A DNA stretch of 64,000 bases, taken from Eledone cirrhosa. Lineage: Eukaryota. A model generated the notes under the pieces. It worked only from the letters and a program-made list of their open reading frames with translations. It made no database searches and was not told where the DNA came from. The DNA lies in assembly GCA_964016885.1 (NCBI GenBank), contig OZ024757.1:14322001-14386000 (forward strand), in the 5' to 3' direction. Shown here one piece after another: positions 1 to 11,874 of this stretch. The position numbers and the translations under genes were made by a program. Position 1 is the first letter of the stretch. Each line of letters starts with the position of its first letter.

Positions 1-439
1 AGAGAGGTTGCCCTGTACTCCTCGCGACGCTGCGTTCTTTTGCTCTGGTGTTGGCCCGGTTGTTCACCCCTTCCTTTACAATTGTAACATTAAAGGAATA
101 TATCCTTCTGAAAGAATCGCGAGCAATTTATAATGTTATTTAAGCATTTGTAATGTTATTTATGTATATATTTAAAACATATTTGTTATGTCGTTCTACT
201 CTAAATTTATTTATATGCTTTGTATATATCATGTGTGTTTATATTTTCACTCCCATTTGTAACGTTATTTAATAAAATCTAAACATTTCCCTTCTATCGC
301 TCCCACTGTTTGTTCATCTTTTGGGACAAGGACCAGAAACCTATCAAGCGTTGGTGTCACGAAAATTCACCTGGTACTCCCTTCAAGGTGGTTGGCAACA
401 GGAAGGGCACTTATGAAAACCATGCTTAAAAACACATTT

Positions 440-2340
440 TTAACGTATCTGGCCTAATGGATCCCTATCTCGACAGTAATACAGTAACATTATACCTTGA
501 GATGGATGAGTCAAACCAACTGAACACAGAAAAAATAGAATGTATTAAGGAAGTGTTCACTGAGGGGCCTTATGCTGCTTTCACCAAACTAGGCAAAGTG
601 CGATGGACGGGTGAGCAGGTGGATGCACTTGCAGCAGAAATATGGCAGTTGGCTACGCTAACTGAGTTGATATAGGAAAACCTTTAAAGGGTTGTGCAGA
701 TGCCGTTCGTGAACAGTTTCCCCAATGAGATTTCACTGAAGCTCCAACAGAAAAATGACCCTGTTAATGACCGAGTTAATCCCACACGCCCATGTAGTGA
801 CATAAGGCGATGAATGGAATGTTGCAGCGACAGAATCTCATGGCAGTCGACAGCAATCAATGAGGGGAGAAGAGCCCCTGTGAACATTCAACAGCAGGCG
901 CTCAGAGGCCAGTGCTTGAGGTGTGAGGGTCCACACATGGCAAGGGACTGCAGAGAGCGTAAGCCAGATATAATTTGTTGCCGATGCAAGCCACTTAGGA
1001 AGGTTGAGGTTAACCACCAGAGGCAATGGAGGGAGGAGTTGCACTGGGACTGAAGCTGCAAAGAAACAAGATGGGCACACTGATATTTTGGAGAGGAAAT
1101 GAAGTCCCAGAACTGGACAGATGAGAACTTTTCTCAATGTGTGGGAAATATCTAATCGCAGGGTGGCTCTGAACAGCATGCAGCTATTTCAAGAGACGAG
1201 CAGAAGGGACAGTGGCCATTATGCGGGACATTGTGGATGGGTAAAGGCAGATGACCGAGTAATAGGAAGCTGATAGAGCGGAGAACAGGAGCTTATAGTG
1301 TGATGCCAGCAGCATAGCGTTAGGGGTTACTCTGGAAATAGGGGGTGTCGAGATCGAGGACACAGCCTGGCTCAGGAAGGAGGACTCTAATCACATCAAC
1401 GCCCTGAGATGGAGGGGCTATGCACCATAGAGATTCGTACTGATCCAGCCACTGTACTCGGATGGGTGAGATCAGTTCTCACAAATGAGAAGAGGGTGTG
1501 AATGAGAGGGGCGGCAGAAATGTTAATAAAGCGCCATCTGGGGACTGTGGGAGAGTTGGCTGCTGAGTTATACCTGAAGTTGCAAGTGGTCTTTGTAACC
1601 TTTGAGAAAAATAGAGTGGGCATCTTAACCAGGGTGAACAACCCCCAGAGGATGGGGAAAAAGCTAAGTGACTCGGTGTTGAGGAGGTTGCATACCATGG
1701 AAGTATATAGGACCTTATTCCTAGCCAGGAAAGTCGACTCCGATGTTAGCAGACTGAATGTGCAGGAGTTGTAACAGATGCCAGTCTATTGACCCCACCC
1801 CAGGCATGCACCAGACAGGTAACATCCCAGTGGAGCACACCTGGAAACAATTGGCAGTGGATGTAACATACTAGCAACAAGGGACGTATCTGCAGACCAG
1901 GACAGATGGCAAATTGGAGGGATTAGAAAACAGGGACTGTGGAGGAAATCACACGGACGCTGAGAGATATTCTTGCAGCAGGGCCCTGTGGATGAACTTG
2001 TTGTTGATGTGTGGAATGTGAGCCACTTCTTCAGAGCAGCGTACAAGCTGAGAGGAAATGGTATTGTGGAGAGACACCATCGCACGACGAAGGCCATGGC
2101 GGAAAGGGGGCACATTTCACCAATGGGAGTGGTGTTTTGGTACAATATGTCACCTCAGGTGGAACAGGCCGAGGTGCCACATAAAGCGATGTATAGATAC
2201 GAATGACAGCATCTGTGCATGTTATTACAACAACATGTGGAGGAGAGAGAGACTGCATTTGTACAAGTGGGCGAAGAAGTTTGGGTCAAGCCCCTGAATG
2301 CGCGTTGCACATCTCAATGGATGGAATGCCACTTTTGGGA
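440..2340 (+). mobile_element. Degenerate Ty3/Gypsy-like LTR retrotransposon internal region (gag zinc knuckle, RNase H-like and integrase remnants)
   Basis: Broken ORFs contain a CCHC knuckle CLRCEGPHMARDC (814-1053) and the integrase motif GNGIVERHHRTTKAM (1973-2206), with many stops and frameshifts. Confidence 0.75.
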
Positions 2341-3092
2341 ATGACGGACTAATATGGTGTGATGATTGATCCTTGAGTGCCAGAGGTGTGGGTGACGTCT
2401 TACCAGAAGCGAAGGATTAGTGACATCACATCAGGATTCTAGCGCTGATTACGGCCTAATGCGGACATGAACAAGAGAGGCTCTGTAATTCTCAGTTGGA
2501 CGTAAGTCATGTGGACATTCTGTCTGGGTTCAAGTAGTGACACAAGGTAAGTTTGTTTGTTTCCCACTGCAGTTTTAAATATTACAGTATTTGAAACATG
2601 CATTCTAACATAATAGCTGTTAAATCTGAAAAATGTTATGACTAATAAATTATTGTTTTAACATTCAGTCACATGTTAATTGTCCTTTTATTTTCCTTGT
2701 CTTACATACATATTTCTTATATCACCCACTAATATTTAAAAAGGACATTAGACAGTACTGTCTTAAATACATCTTTCTTGTATCAGGCACAACTATTTTA
2801 AAATTACATATTAGGTAATATAGTCTTAAACACTTATTTCTCCTATCACATCTCCATTTCAATTACATCTTTCTCATATTACACTTTATTATAAAAGAAC
2901 CTTAAACAATACATTCTTAAATACATATTTTTTGTATCACACAGCAGTAATTTAGAATTACATATTAGATAATATAGCCTTAAACACATCTTTTTATCAC
3001 ACTCCAGTATTATAAACATATTAGACAATACAGACCTAAACATATCTTTCTCATATCACACACTACAATTGTAAAAGGATATATTAAACAAT

Positions 3093-4528
3093 ATACTTAG
3101 CTTTTGTTGACTTGGAGAAAGCCTTTGACAGAGTACCCCGCTCGATTATCTGGTGGGCCCTTAGAAAACTAGGTGTTGATGAATGGCTTGTGAGAGCTAT
3201 ACAAGCCATGTATAAAGAAACAGTCAGCAAGGTTAGAATTAACAGCAAATATAGTGAAGAGTTTAGCGTAAAAGTTGGTGTTCATCAGGGCTCCGTCCTT
3301 AGCCCCCTACTATTTATTATTGCCCTTCAGGCTATAACAGAGGAGTTCAAGACCGGCTGCCCATGGGAACTCCTATATGCAGATGATCTAACGCTCATAG
3401 CTGAATCAATGGCTGAACTAGAGAAGAAATTCCAAACATGGAAGCATGGCCTAGAATCAAAAGGCCTTAAAGTTAACTTGTCTAAGACTAAAGTTCTAGT
3501 TTGTAGGAAGGAAAACAGGGCACCGGCCCCATCTGGGAAATGGCCATGCTCAGTGTGTAGGAAAGGAGTAGGTAGAAACTCCATTTTATGTCCCAAATGC
3601 AAAGTATGGGTACATAAAAGATGTAGTGGGATTACAGGTAAGCTAACTAAGAATATAGATTTTATATGTGGCCGGTGCTCTGGTGCAATAAGTAGTAGCA
3701 AGTGCCCACAGAATACTAACTCATTCCATTGCATCGTATGCCTGCATACGAACAGCAATGTTACATGGCAGTGAGACCTGGGCATTGTGTGCAGAGGATA
3801 TACGCAGACTGGAGAGAAACGAAGCTTGCATGCTCCGCTGGATGTGTAATAATAATATACGTGAATGGCAAAGCATAAACAAACTAAGGGAGAAATTAGA
3901 AATAAGAGGGATCAGATGTTGTTTACTCGAGAGAAGACTACGTTGGTATGGTCACGTGATGTGCATGAAAGACGACAGCTGTATAAAAAAGTGCAGGGCA
4001 ATAAAAATAGACGGTAGCCACGGAGTAGGCAGACCCAGAAAAACCTGGGACGACTTGATAAATTCCGACCTCACACACTTACACCTCTCCAAGACAAAGT
4101 CACTGGACCGAGATCTTTGGCGCTACACAGTAATAGAGAAGACCCGCCTTACCTAAGTGCAAAGTGAAACCTACTACAGTCAGTATAACAAAATACACCC
4201 CCATCCCACTACCCCCACCCCATCCACACCACCCCTCTCAATGTAAAGTTATGTTGGTACCACAACATCCAGCCTGAAACAAACGAGGTCGTGTAGGTGT
4301 CACGACAAAAAAACACACAATCCACGCTGTAATGTGGCCGTGTAGGTAACACGGTAAAAACCTCCCAGTTCCACACTGTAAATGTGGTTGGTGTTAGGAA
4401 GGGCATCCAGCCGTAGAAAACCCGCCAGACAGTCCTATGCGAGCAAGACAACCACTCTTGCCTCAAGTGGGAAAACTCCCGTCCAAACCCATGCGAGCGT
4501 GGAATATGGACGTTAAACGATGATGATA
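3093..4528 (+). mobile_element. 5'-truncated RTE-clade LINE (RT domain, Cys/His finger, C-terminus, 3' UTR)
   Basis: AFVDLEKAFDRVPR, GVHQGSVLSPLLF, LLYADD, then LHGSETW...RRLRWYGHV...GRPRKTW; 3' tail ends in gttaaacgatgatgat. Confidence 0.9.
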
Positions 4529-4627
4529 GTCTAAAACACACATTTCTTGTATTACACACCACTATTACAAAAGAACATTAGAGAAGACCTTCAACACATC
4601 TTTCTCATATCACCCACTAATATTTTA

Positions 4628-4780
4628 GAAGCACATGGCTTAGTGGTTAGATCATTGGGCTTGCAATCGAAAGGTTGTAAGTTCGGTTCTCAGACCAGGT
4701 GATGTGTTGTGTCCTTGAGCAAGACACTTTATTTCACGTTGCTCCTGTTTACTCAACTTTATGAATTAGTTGCGATCCTG
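4628..4780 (+). mobile_element. tRNA-derived CORE-type SINE (further copies near 11090, 18650-18950 -, 26680-26820, 31270-31450 -, 59575-59710 -, 59920-60190 -)
   Basis: A-box tggcttagtgg, B-box-like gttcggttc, CORE-like tgtgtccttgagcaagacacttta; multiple dispersed copies. Confidence 0.8.
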
Positions 4781-5499
4781 CCAAATCAATGGGTGGCAGT
4801 AGTTGCAGCTGCACGCATTGAAAGACTGGTGTAGTGGCTCTGAGAATAATGCGGCTTTGCAGATCAATACAAATTGACAATGGAAACGCACTCTCGCTCG
4901 AGTTAGAACAGAACTATTGACCTTCGGGAGAAATGAAGTACACCAAATCCAATGCTCCTGGTTCTTCTTATTTGCGAATGTTATCTCGGCCAGATTAGAT
5001 ATACAATACAGTCTTCAACACATATTTCTTATATCAAACACCAATATTTGGATCAATAGAATCTTATACATCTTTCTTGTATCACAGCTTTTTTAAAAAA
5101 ATGCTTTACACAGTAGTCTTAAACATATCAGACACCAATATTTTAAAAGGACATTATTCAGTTTATCGTTAAATACAGCTTTCTCATATCACTTCAATAT
5201 TTTAGAAGTACAGTCTTAACTACATCTTCCTTATATTGTATCAAAACCGTCTTAACATTACTCTATATTTACTATTGTATTTTCACGGTAAACACTTTAT
5301 TTCACATAACATTGAATCTGAGATTTTGATATTTATTTCGAGAACAATACCTTAACATAAGAACAGAAAGAGGTGAGAGAATTCTTGCCAGATACAACCA
5401 GTTTAAATGCTAAAGGGTTAAGTTTTCCCCAAGTAAACTCAACAGAGGAACTGGTTGTAGAAGTCAGCAGTAGTATAGTAAGTCAGCTTGGCCTTTGGG

Positions 5500-5925
5500 G
5501 GTTGTTGCTGAAAGCATCTGGGATGGTGGGTGACACCATAGCCACCCATATTGTAAAGCAAGTAATACAAAATGCTGCTATACCCAATGACTGGCATAGC
5601 AGCATCATAGTCTACTGCTACAATAGAGATGCTCTAGACAGATAAAACTATAGAGGCATCAGTTGGTTAACCAGGTTGGTGTCCATCAGGGCTCTGTTCT
5701 TAGCCCTCTCCTGGGTATAACAGAAGAGTTTAAAACTAGCTCCCCATGGGAACTTATGTATATGGTAGAATTACTGAAGAAATGAAAGGAAAACAGATTT
5801 TCACTGCTCAGTGTGCAGGAAAGGAGTTGATAGAAATTTATTGCTATGTTCCAAATGCAAACTATGTGTACACAAGAGATGTAGTAGGATCTCTGGTAGG
5901 TTAGCTGTTCAATGCCAGGTGCATT
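5500..5925 (+). mobile_element. Internally deleted RTE LINE relic
   Basis: IPNDWHSSIIV, GVHQGSVLSPL and CRKGVDRNLLLCSKCKLCVHKRCS fragments homologous to 3093-4156. Confidence 0.75.
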
Positions 5926-6001
5926 TCTATATGTTTTACTGGGTCCCCATCATGATATTTCAGCGAGCCTTAGAAATGTTTAACAGTGCCCATCTCCAAG
6001 T

Positions 6002-7379
6002 GTCCCATCCATTACTAAGTTTAACATGCCACCATCTTGGAATTGTTGAGAACCAGTCTACCTGTCCTTCACTAACATATAGAACACTAATAAAAAATAT
6101 CAATTTCATTAACTGTTAATGTGTTATTTACATTTGTTAACATCTTCCACTTACTAATAAATGTCCTATTTTCCATGGGTCAGTTGGGTTGTCCACGCTA
6201 TAAAGCAACTCTGGTCACGCCTTACTTTGCTCATATAAATGTGTGTTGTTAGGGAGTGCACGTATAGTTGTCCATTGAAATTGTTGAGCTTTTGGTGACT
6301 GTAGGGATAGGACAACGGAGAGGCAATTCTCAATCCATGCCTGCTTTTTTGCTTCCCTTGGTGTGTCTCACCTTCATATAGCAACTGAACTATTCATTGC
6401 TCTCTCCCCAAACCTGAAAAGCTTACTGTTACTCTGCTTTAAATTAGTATTGGAATGCCAGGATAGGGGTGAAAGTAACGGCTTCAGGGTATGGTTAACT
6501 TATAGGCTCTCCTAGGGCCAGATAAACCATAGTCAATACCGGATTAGATGGTGAATACTTAACATAGGGTCTCCTAAACCCTGGTTTAGGGTGTATACAT
6601 CCCATACTAAACCATTGTCAATACCATGTATTTTCTATGCTTGCATGGGTCGTCGATGCTATGAGGCAAGTCTGGCCAGTTGGCTGCACCGTACGTTGCT
6701 CATATAGGGCATATTCAACATCTTGCTTGGGGTCTCCTGCTGGTGGGAATATTTGGTGGCAAGTGTCAATCCATGCCTCCTTTTTCGATACTGTCTCACC
6801 TTAATCTCTTTGTGATAGCAAGTGAATTCGGTAATAATCCGGTATTGACTATGGTTTATCTGGCCCTAGGAGAGCCTATAAGTTAACCATACCCTGAAGC
6901 CGTTACTTTCACCCCTATCCTGGCATTCCAATACTAATTTAAAGCAGAGTAACAGTAAGCTTTTCAGGTTTGGGGAGAGAGCAATGAATAGTTCAGTTGC
7001 TATATGAAGGTGAGACACACCAAGGGAAGCAAAAAAGCAGGCATGGATTGAGAATTGCCTCTCCGTTGTCCTATCCCTACAGTCACCAAAAGCTCAACAA
7101 TTTCAATGGACAACTATACGTGCACTCCCTAACAACACACATTTATATGAGCAAAGTAAGGCGTGACCAGAGTTGCTTTATAGCGTGGACAACCCAACTG
7201 ACCCATGGAAAATAGGACATTTATTAGTAAGTGGAAGATGTTAACAAATGTAAATAACACATTAACAGTTAATGAAATTGATATTTTTTATTAGTGTTCT
7301 ATATGTTAGTGAAGGACAGGTAGACTGGTTCTCAACAATTCCAAGATGGTGGCATGTTAAACTTAGTAATGGATGGGAC
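6002..7379. repeat. 545-bp inverted repeat (arms 6002-6546 and 6835-7379, 288-bp spacer)
   Basis: Arms are reverse complements with no mismatch seen by eye; identical 72-aa ORFs at 6166-6384 (-) and 6997-7215 (+). Confidence 0.95.
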
Positions 7380-7830
7380 GCCATGTGAGAAGGCGAAAGA
7401 AGCAGCTTTAGGGCATATACTTCCCATAGGATTTTCTCAATCCAGCGCCATGTGAGAAGGCGAAAGAAGCAGTTTTAGAGCGTACACTTCCCATAGTATA
7501 TCCCCTGGCAACCTAAACCCTGGTCAATGGCCGGCATATACGTCCCATAGGATCTCGTACAGCAAGATAAACCTTGGTCAATGTCAGATTAGAGGGTTAA
7601 AAAAACGGCGTATACACCCCATAGGATCTCTCACGGCCAGCTAAACCATACTCAGTGGGCGAATGGAGCAGTATAAAGACCTAAACTTCTCGTAGGATCC
7701 GCTACGGCCAGCTAAACCATGGCAGGTGAGAGGGTGATTGAAGCATTAAAGTAATGGATCTCCTACAAGCTGTTTTAGGGCGAAAGAAGCAGTTTTATGG
7801 CGTGTCCTACTGCCAACTAAACGCTGGTCA
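7380..7830. repeat. Degenerate tandem array of cccataggatctc...ggccagctaaacc(a/c)tgg and ggcgaaagaagcag motifs
   Basis: gccatgtgagaaggcgaaagaagcag occurs at 7380 and 7447; about 5 variants of taaacc(c/a/t)tggtca follow. Confidence 0.75.
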
Positions 7831-8155
7831 GAAGCACATTAATGTAGCTGGACTGTCGTCTATACGGAGGTAAGTGTATATTCATTGAAAAAAATTATAT
7901 AAACGAAATGAATGGAAGTAATTCGTACGGAATACAGATTTTCATAAAATTATTAGTGCGTTGGTCGCAAGACGATAATTTTATAATTTAAAGTAAGAGA
8001 AATTCAGAGATCGAATCCCGCATCGTCACACTACCACCAATGCACTAATAATTTTCTTGTAAAAAGTTACTCCGAATTACCTCCCTTCGTTTCGTTTATA
8101 TTTTTTTAAACCAAAAATGGCGAAAGTAGCTATAAGTATACTTAATTTGCTTAGT

Positions 8156-8318
8156 AGAATTGCGGCCTTCGCGGTGGCGTGCGAACTGCGTCTCTGACTG
8201 CCAGTCTCCATATCTGGCGTTCGATTCGTAGTGGCGTACGACTGCATAGGCCTGGGACTATTCGGGGCCGGCACATAGATGCAAGGCCCGTCCCTGACCA
8301 CCGTGAAGAATTCTTTTT
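8156..8318 (+). ncRNA. Putative Pol III structured ncRNA, copy 1 (unknown family, 163 nt)
   Basis: TATAAGTA at 8131; A-box-like TGGCG at 8175; perfect B-box GTTCGATTC 8219-8227; 5'/3' pairing cttcgcggtgg (8167-8177) with ccaccgtgaag (8298-8308); TTTTT at 8314-8318; homolog at 11675-11874. Confidence 0.55.
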
Positions 8319-8329
8319 CAAAATTTCAA

Positions 8330-8730
8330 TGATATGCAAATGAGTTTGAAGTTCATTTACATATTAGAAGAATTATATTAGAGAGAATCTTAATATATAT
8401 AGAGAATCTTAATTACACTCTTGAAGCTTCATTTACATATCTAATTTGCATATTAGAAGAAATTTTTTAGAAATATATGAGTGAGAATCTTAATTACATT
8501 TTTGAAGGCTCATTTATTTGCATATTAGAAGAAATTTTTTTAGAAATTTATTAGTGAGAATCTTAATTTTTGAAGAAGAACCTTGGAGGTTAATTACATT
8601 CTTGAAAGACAGTTGGATTCGAACCTTCTTAACTTAGTTTCTATATAAAGAGACTGTTTAGATTCTTAGAACCCACAATTTCAATTACATTCTTGAAAGA
8701 CAGTTGGATTCGAACCTTAACTTAGATTCT
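8330..8730. promoter_or_regulatory. Tandem repeats carrying octamer motifs and stand-alone B-boxes
   Basis: ATGCAAAT 8334-8341; ATTTGCAT 8444-8451 and 8516-8523; GGTTCGAATCC on - at 8615-8625 and 8706-8716. Confidence 0.45.
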
Positions 8731-9640
8731 TAGAACCCTTGAAGAGTAAAAATGTCATTACACTTAGACACTCCATCTACATTCTTTTTTATACACTTCA
8801 CTTACATTAGTTTCTTTATTATTATTACACTTTACTTACATTCTTAATACACTTCATTTACATTTTTACTATTCAAGGGAGATAACTCTAGTATTTTGAC
8901 AGTAAGAGTTACCCCCCCCCCTTATTCAAGGGAGATAATTCCGTAGTATTTGAATGGAAGAGTTACCTCCCTGTAATAGTAAAAATGTATTGAGAATGTA
9001 GTTTCTTTCCCAGATCTCGTTAAGACTGGCGAACCTTTTATTTTCAAAATAAATTGAACCCAATTCGTATATAATACGTAAACATTTCTTTATTAACAGA
9101 TAAACTGAACACAATTCGTATATATATATGTAAGCATTTCTTTATTAACAGATAGTTCGACTTGTAAATACTCTCACTCGTTACGGCAAACACCACACAG
9201 CATATGACCGAGAAGGCTGAAATGAAATTAAGAAAACTATAAAAGCTATTCGTTGTCAATAAAAAATGTTAAATTCATAAAATGTCTTTTGCTCAGAAAA
9301 AAAACGGGCTGAGTTAGTCGAGGTGGTATCACGTACGTTGAAAATTAAGCGATATCGATCACCTTTGATTACGATGATATCTAAAAGAAATTCATGGCAA
9401 AAGCGAGACGGGTGTAATATTTACCCTGGCCAAAGACGATGGATCTCAAAAGATTCTGGTTTGGAAGGATGGAAGAAGTAGTGGACAATGTTCAACATAA
9501 AATAAAGCTTTACTTTACCTGCGTAAAATAGTAAAATCCAAGTTTTTAACGTTTTTTTTATATTCAGGTTAGAAAACGTGAAGTTCTTCCAGCAGTCATT
9601 TTATTTTTTCTAAACAGTTACCTAATGCGCATGTAAATAA

Positions 9641-11075
9641 TAATAATAATGAAATTATTGTGTAAAGTGCTCAGGTGCACTACAACTCGTCAAAGGTGTA
9701 TGGTCGCACCATAGCCATGTACATAGAATAATTGTTTCTACTTTTTGGCACAAGGCCAGCAATTACCCAGTACATTACTGGTACTTTATTTTATCGACCC
9801 CGTAAGGATGAAAGGCAAAGTTAACCTCGGCGGGAATTGAACTCAGATCGTAAAGGGACGTAACTATGCTGGAAAGCGTAATCCAACCCTCTACCGATAC
9901 TGCCAATTCACATAGAATAATACACAAATGTCAGGGAAGTACATGTGTGTATGTGTTAGCTGTAGTGTTGGCGGATCTCGGGAAGCATGGAGGCCTTAAA
10001 GGATGCAGTGTCTCGACAGCTAACAAATGATGCAGGTAGTTTGTTCCATGCTTCAGCAACTCTGAGCGTGAAAAAATGTTTCCGAAATTCTTAGTTTGTG
10101 GGCATGTCCACGTGTGTTTGGCAACATGGTTAACAATTTTGTGGGTGTTTACCAAGTCAGTTGCCAGGCGTCGGAGCTTCAATGTATCCATGCCCAGGGA
10201 AGCAAGGCGTTCAGAGTATGGTAGATGCCTGATGGAGGGTATTCACTTGACTACCGTGACTACCTCTCTGACACAGGATTCCATCAGTTTGGCGATGCAA
10301 CTAGTAAGACGACTGGACGATAGTTCACAGGTGATGTGCGGTCACCCTTTTTGAACAAAGGAATGACACTGGCAGTTTTCCACTGTTCTGGAGTAGCACT
10401 GTTGTTCAGACAGAATTGGAAGAAGCGTGATAACTGGTGCAGAAGGAAGTACCCACCACGTTTAAGAAGCAGGTACGTAACACTATCAAGACCAGGAGAG
10501 GCATGGTTGCGTTTATTTTTTAGGTGACGTCGCAGCATTGCAGGTGTAAATTCCATGGTTGTAATAGAGTCCGGTGTCATAGGTGGTGGAGATGGTACAT
10601 ACACTCTGGTCTTAAATAGTGAAAATGCCTGCATAGCATTCAGCAATGAGCTCTGCGCATTCCTTGGGGTCGTCAGTAACCTGGCTTGTGTGGGGATTGC
10701 GAAGAGGACCAACTCGAGAGTGAGGCCTCTGCTTTGAGTGAACATACTTCCAGAACACCTTACTGTCAGAGCTGGTTGCTATGCGCTGCTCAACTTGAAG
10801 CACTGCCTTTTTTGTCACCTGGATGTTCTGGTGTTGACATCTCCAGAGTCGTAGAACTCAAGCCAGTTTGGCCGTTGCAAATCGGTGCAGTAACAGTTCC
10901 AGTCTGCTTTATTCCAGTCAAAGTGAGCAGTTTGGAGATGAGGGATAGATTGGCAATGATCATAGCATGATCAGAGTCACCTAAACGTTCCTCAGCAGTA
11001 ACACTAATGACCGTTTCAGGAGTAGTGGTGAAGAGTAGGTCAAAAGTGTTGTCACCTCTCGTTGGGGAGGTGCAA
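9641..11075 (-). mobile_element. CR1-group LINE relic with the RT core deleted; SINE inserted in its 3' UTR (3'-end copies at 17425-17700 + and 18128-18490 -)
   Basis: SPGLD...PEQWKTASVIPLFKKGD...NYRPV, C-terminal RVAEAWNKLPAS, shared tail gagttgtagtgcacctgagcact...(att)n. Confidence 0.85.
9729..9910 (-). mobile_element. Abundant tRNA-derived SINE (representative; roughly 15-20 full or partial copies, e.g. 13259, 20450, 24225 +, 34283, 37560-38650, 39190, 43200, 45015, 53485-53880)
   Basis: On -: tRNA-like head with B-box gagttcaa(a/t)tccc, conserved body gcctttcatccttacggggtcgataaaataaagtaccag, tail ggccttgtgccaaaagtagaaacaatt(att)n. Confidence 0.9.
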
Positions 11076-11674
11076 AGTGTTTATGTGTAGTTGGGCTTTA
11101 CAATCGTGAGTTCGATTCTCACACCGAGCTTTGTGTTGTGTTCGTGAGACACTTTATTCCAAATCACTAAGCTGTAGGAATGAGTTTAAATCTGTACTCA
11201 GAGCGAAAAATTAAGCTGCCATGCTTCGTTCGGTGACAGAAATAGAGAAGGCAGGGGCCTCGTTTGCCTTAAAAATGTGAGGGACAAACATTCGTTGATT
11301 CTTAAAGAAGCATGTTAGTATTGCTTAGGAGAAGGTATGTCTAGTGAAGAAAGTTTATGTAGCTTGAAAGAAATGTATTTTTGTATTTTATCTTAAAAGA
11401 AAGCATGCCGCGTGTGGGTGAAGAAAGCCACAATAAATGTAGCTGAGAAGGTTTAATTTATTAGAAGAAAAAAATATATACTGTATAAAGTGAAGAACGT
11501 TTATATATGTATTCTAAAATTCTTAGCAAGAGAAAACATTACATACCTCTTTGAAAGTAATATCCAGAATGATTAAAAAAAACAAAAAAACTGGAAGTCA
11601 TTTAAGAAAGAAGAGTTTCATAAAGTGGAAGTAACTCTAAACAAAAGGGAGAAAATCCTAATCAAATTTAGAGC

Positions 11675-11874
11675 AAAAAAGGGGGGGGGGGGTAGGACGG
11701 ATTCCTCGCGCGGTCCAGGACGCAGGTCAGCATATAGCCAGCCTGCAAATAAGTCCAAGCTGCCCTTGCCGCGTACCACCACAACGATTCGATCTTCAGA
11801 CACATAGAATGGTCACTCCATACATAAGTAGGCAACGAAGTCCGAACCGCATCGCCATGCGAAGCAGCAATTCT
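11675..11874 (-). ncRNA. Putative Pol III structured ncRNA, copy 2 (diverged paralog of 8156-8318)
   Basis: TATAAGTA (11899-11892) 25 nt before AGAATTGC exactly as in copy 1; A-box-like TGGCGATGCGG; B-box GATCGAATC (11794-11786); cttcgcatgg pairs with ccgcgcgagg; T6 at 11680-11675. Confidence 0.5.

Larger units (their letters stand above)
2690..5260. repeat. Degenerate ~55-60 bp tandem array interrupted by an RTE LINE and a SINE
   Basis: Recurrent unit resembling catattagacaatacagtcttaaacacatctttcttatatcacac on both sides of the 3093-4528 insertion. Confidence 0.7.

Noticed and set aside
340-425. tggtgtca as the Gypsy primer-binding site
   Set aside because: The following sequence matches the RTE/SINE tail seen at 4290-4420 and 27040-27095, so a PBS call is not secure.
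6166-7215. Two identical 72-aa ORFs on opposite strands
   Set aside because: By-product of the inverted repeat; TTG start and no recognisable domain.
8160-8245. tRNA-Gly(GCC)-like reading (ga-ctgccag-tc loop plus GTTCGATTC)
   Set aside because: Anticodon, T and acceptor stems do not form a cloverleaf, and the paralog lacks the loop.
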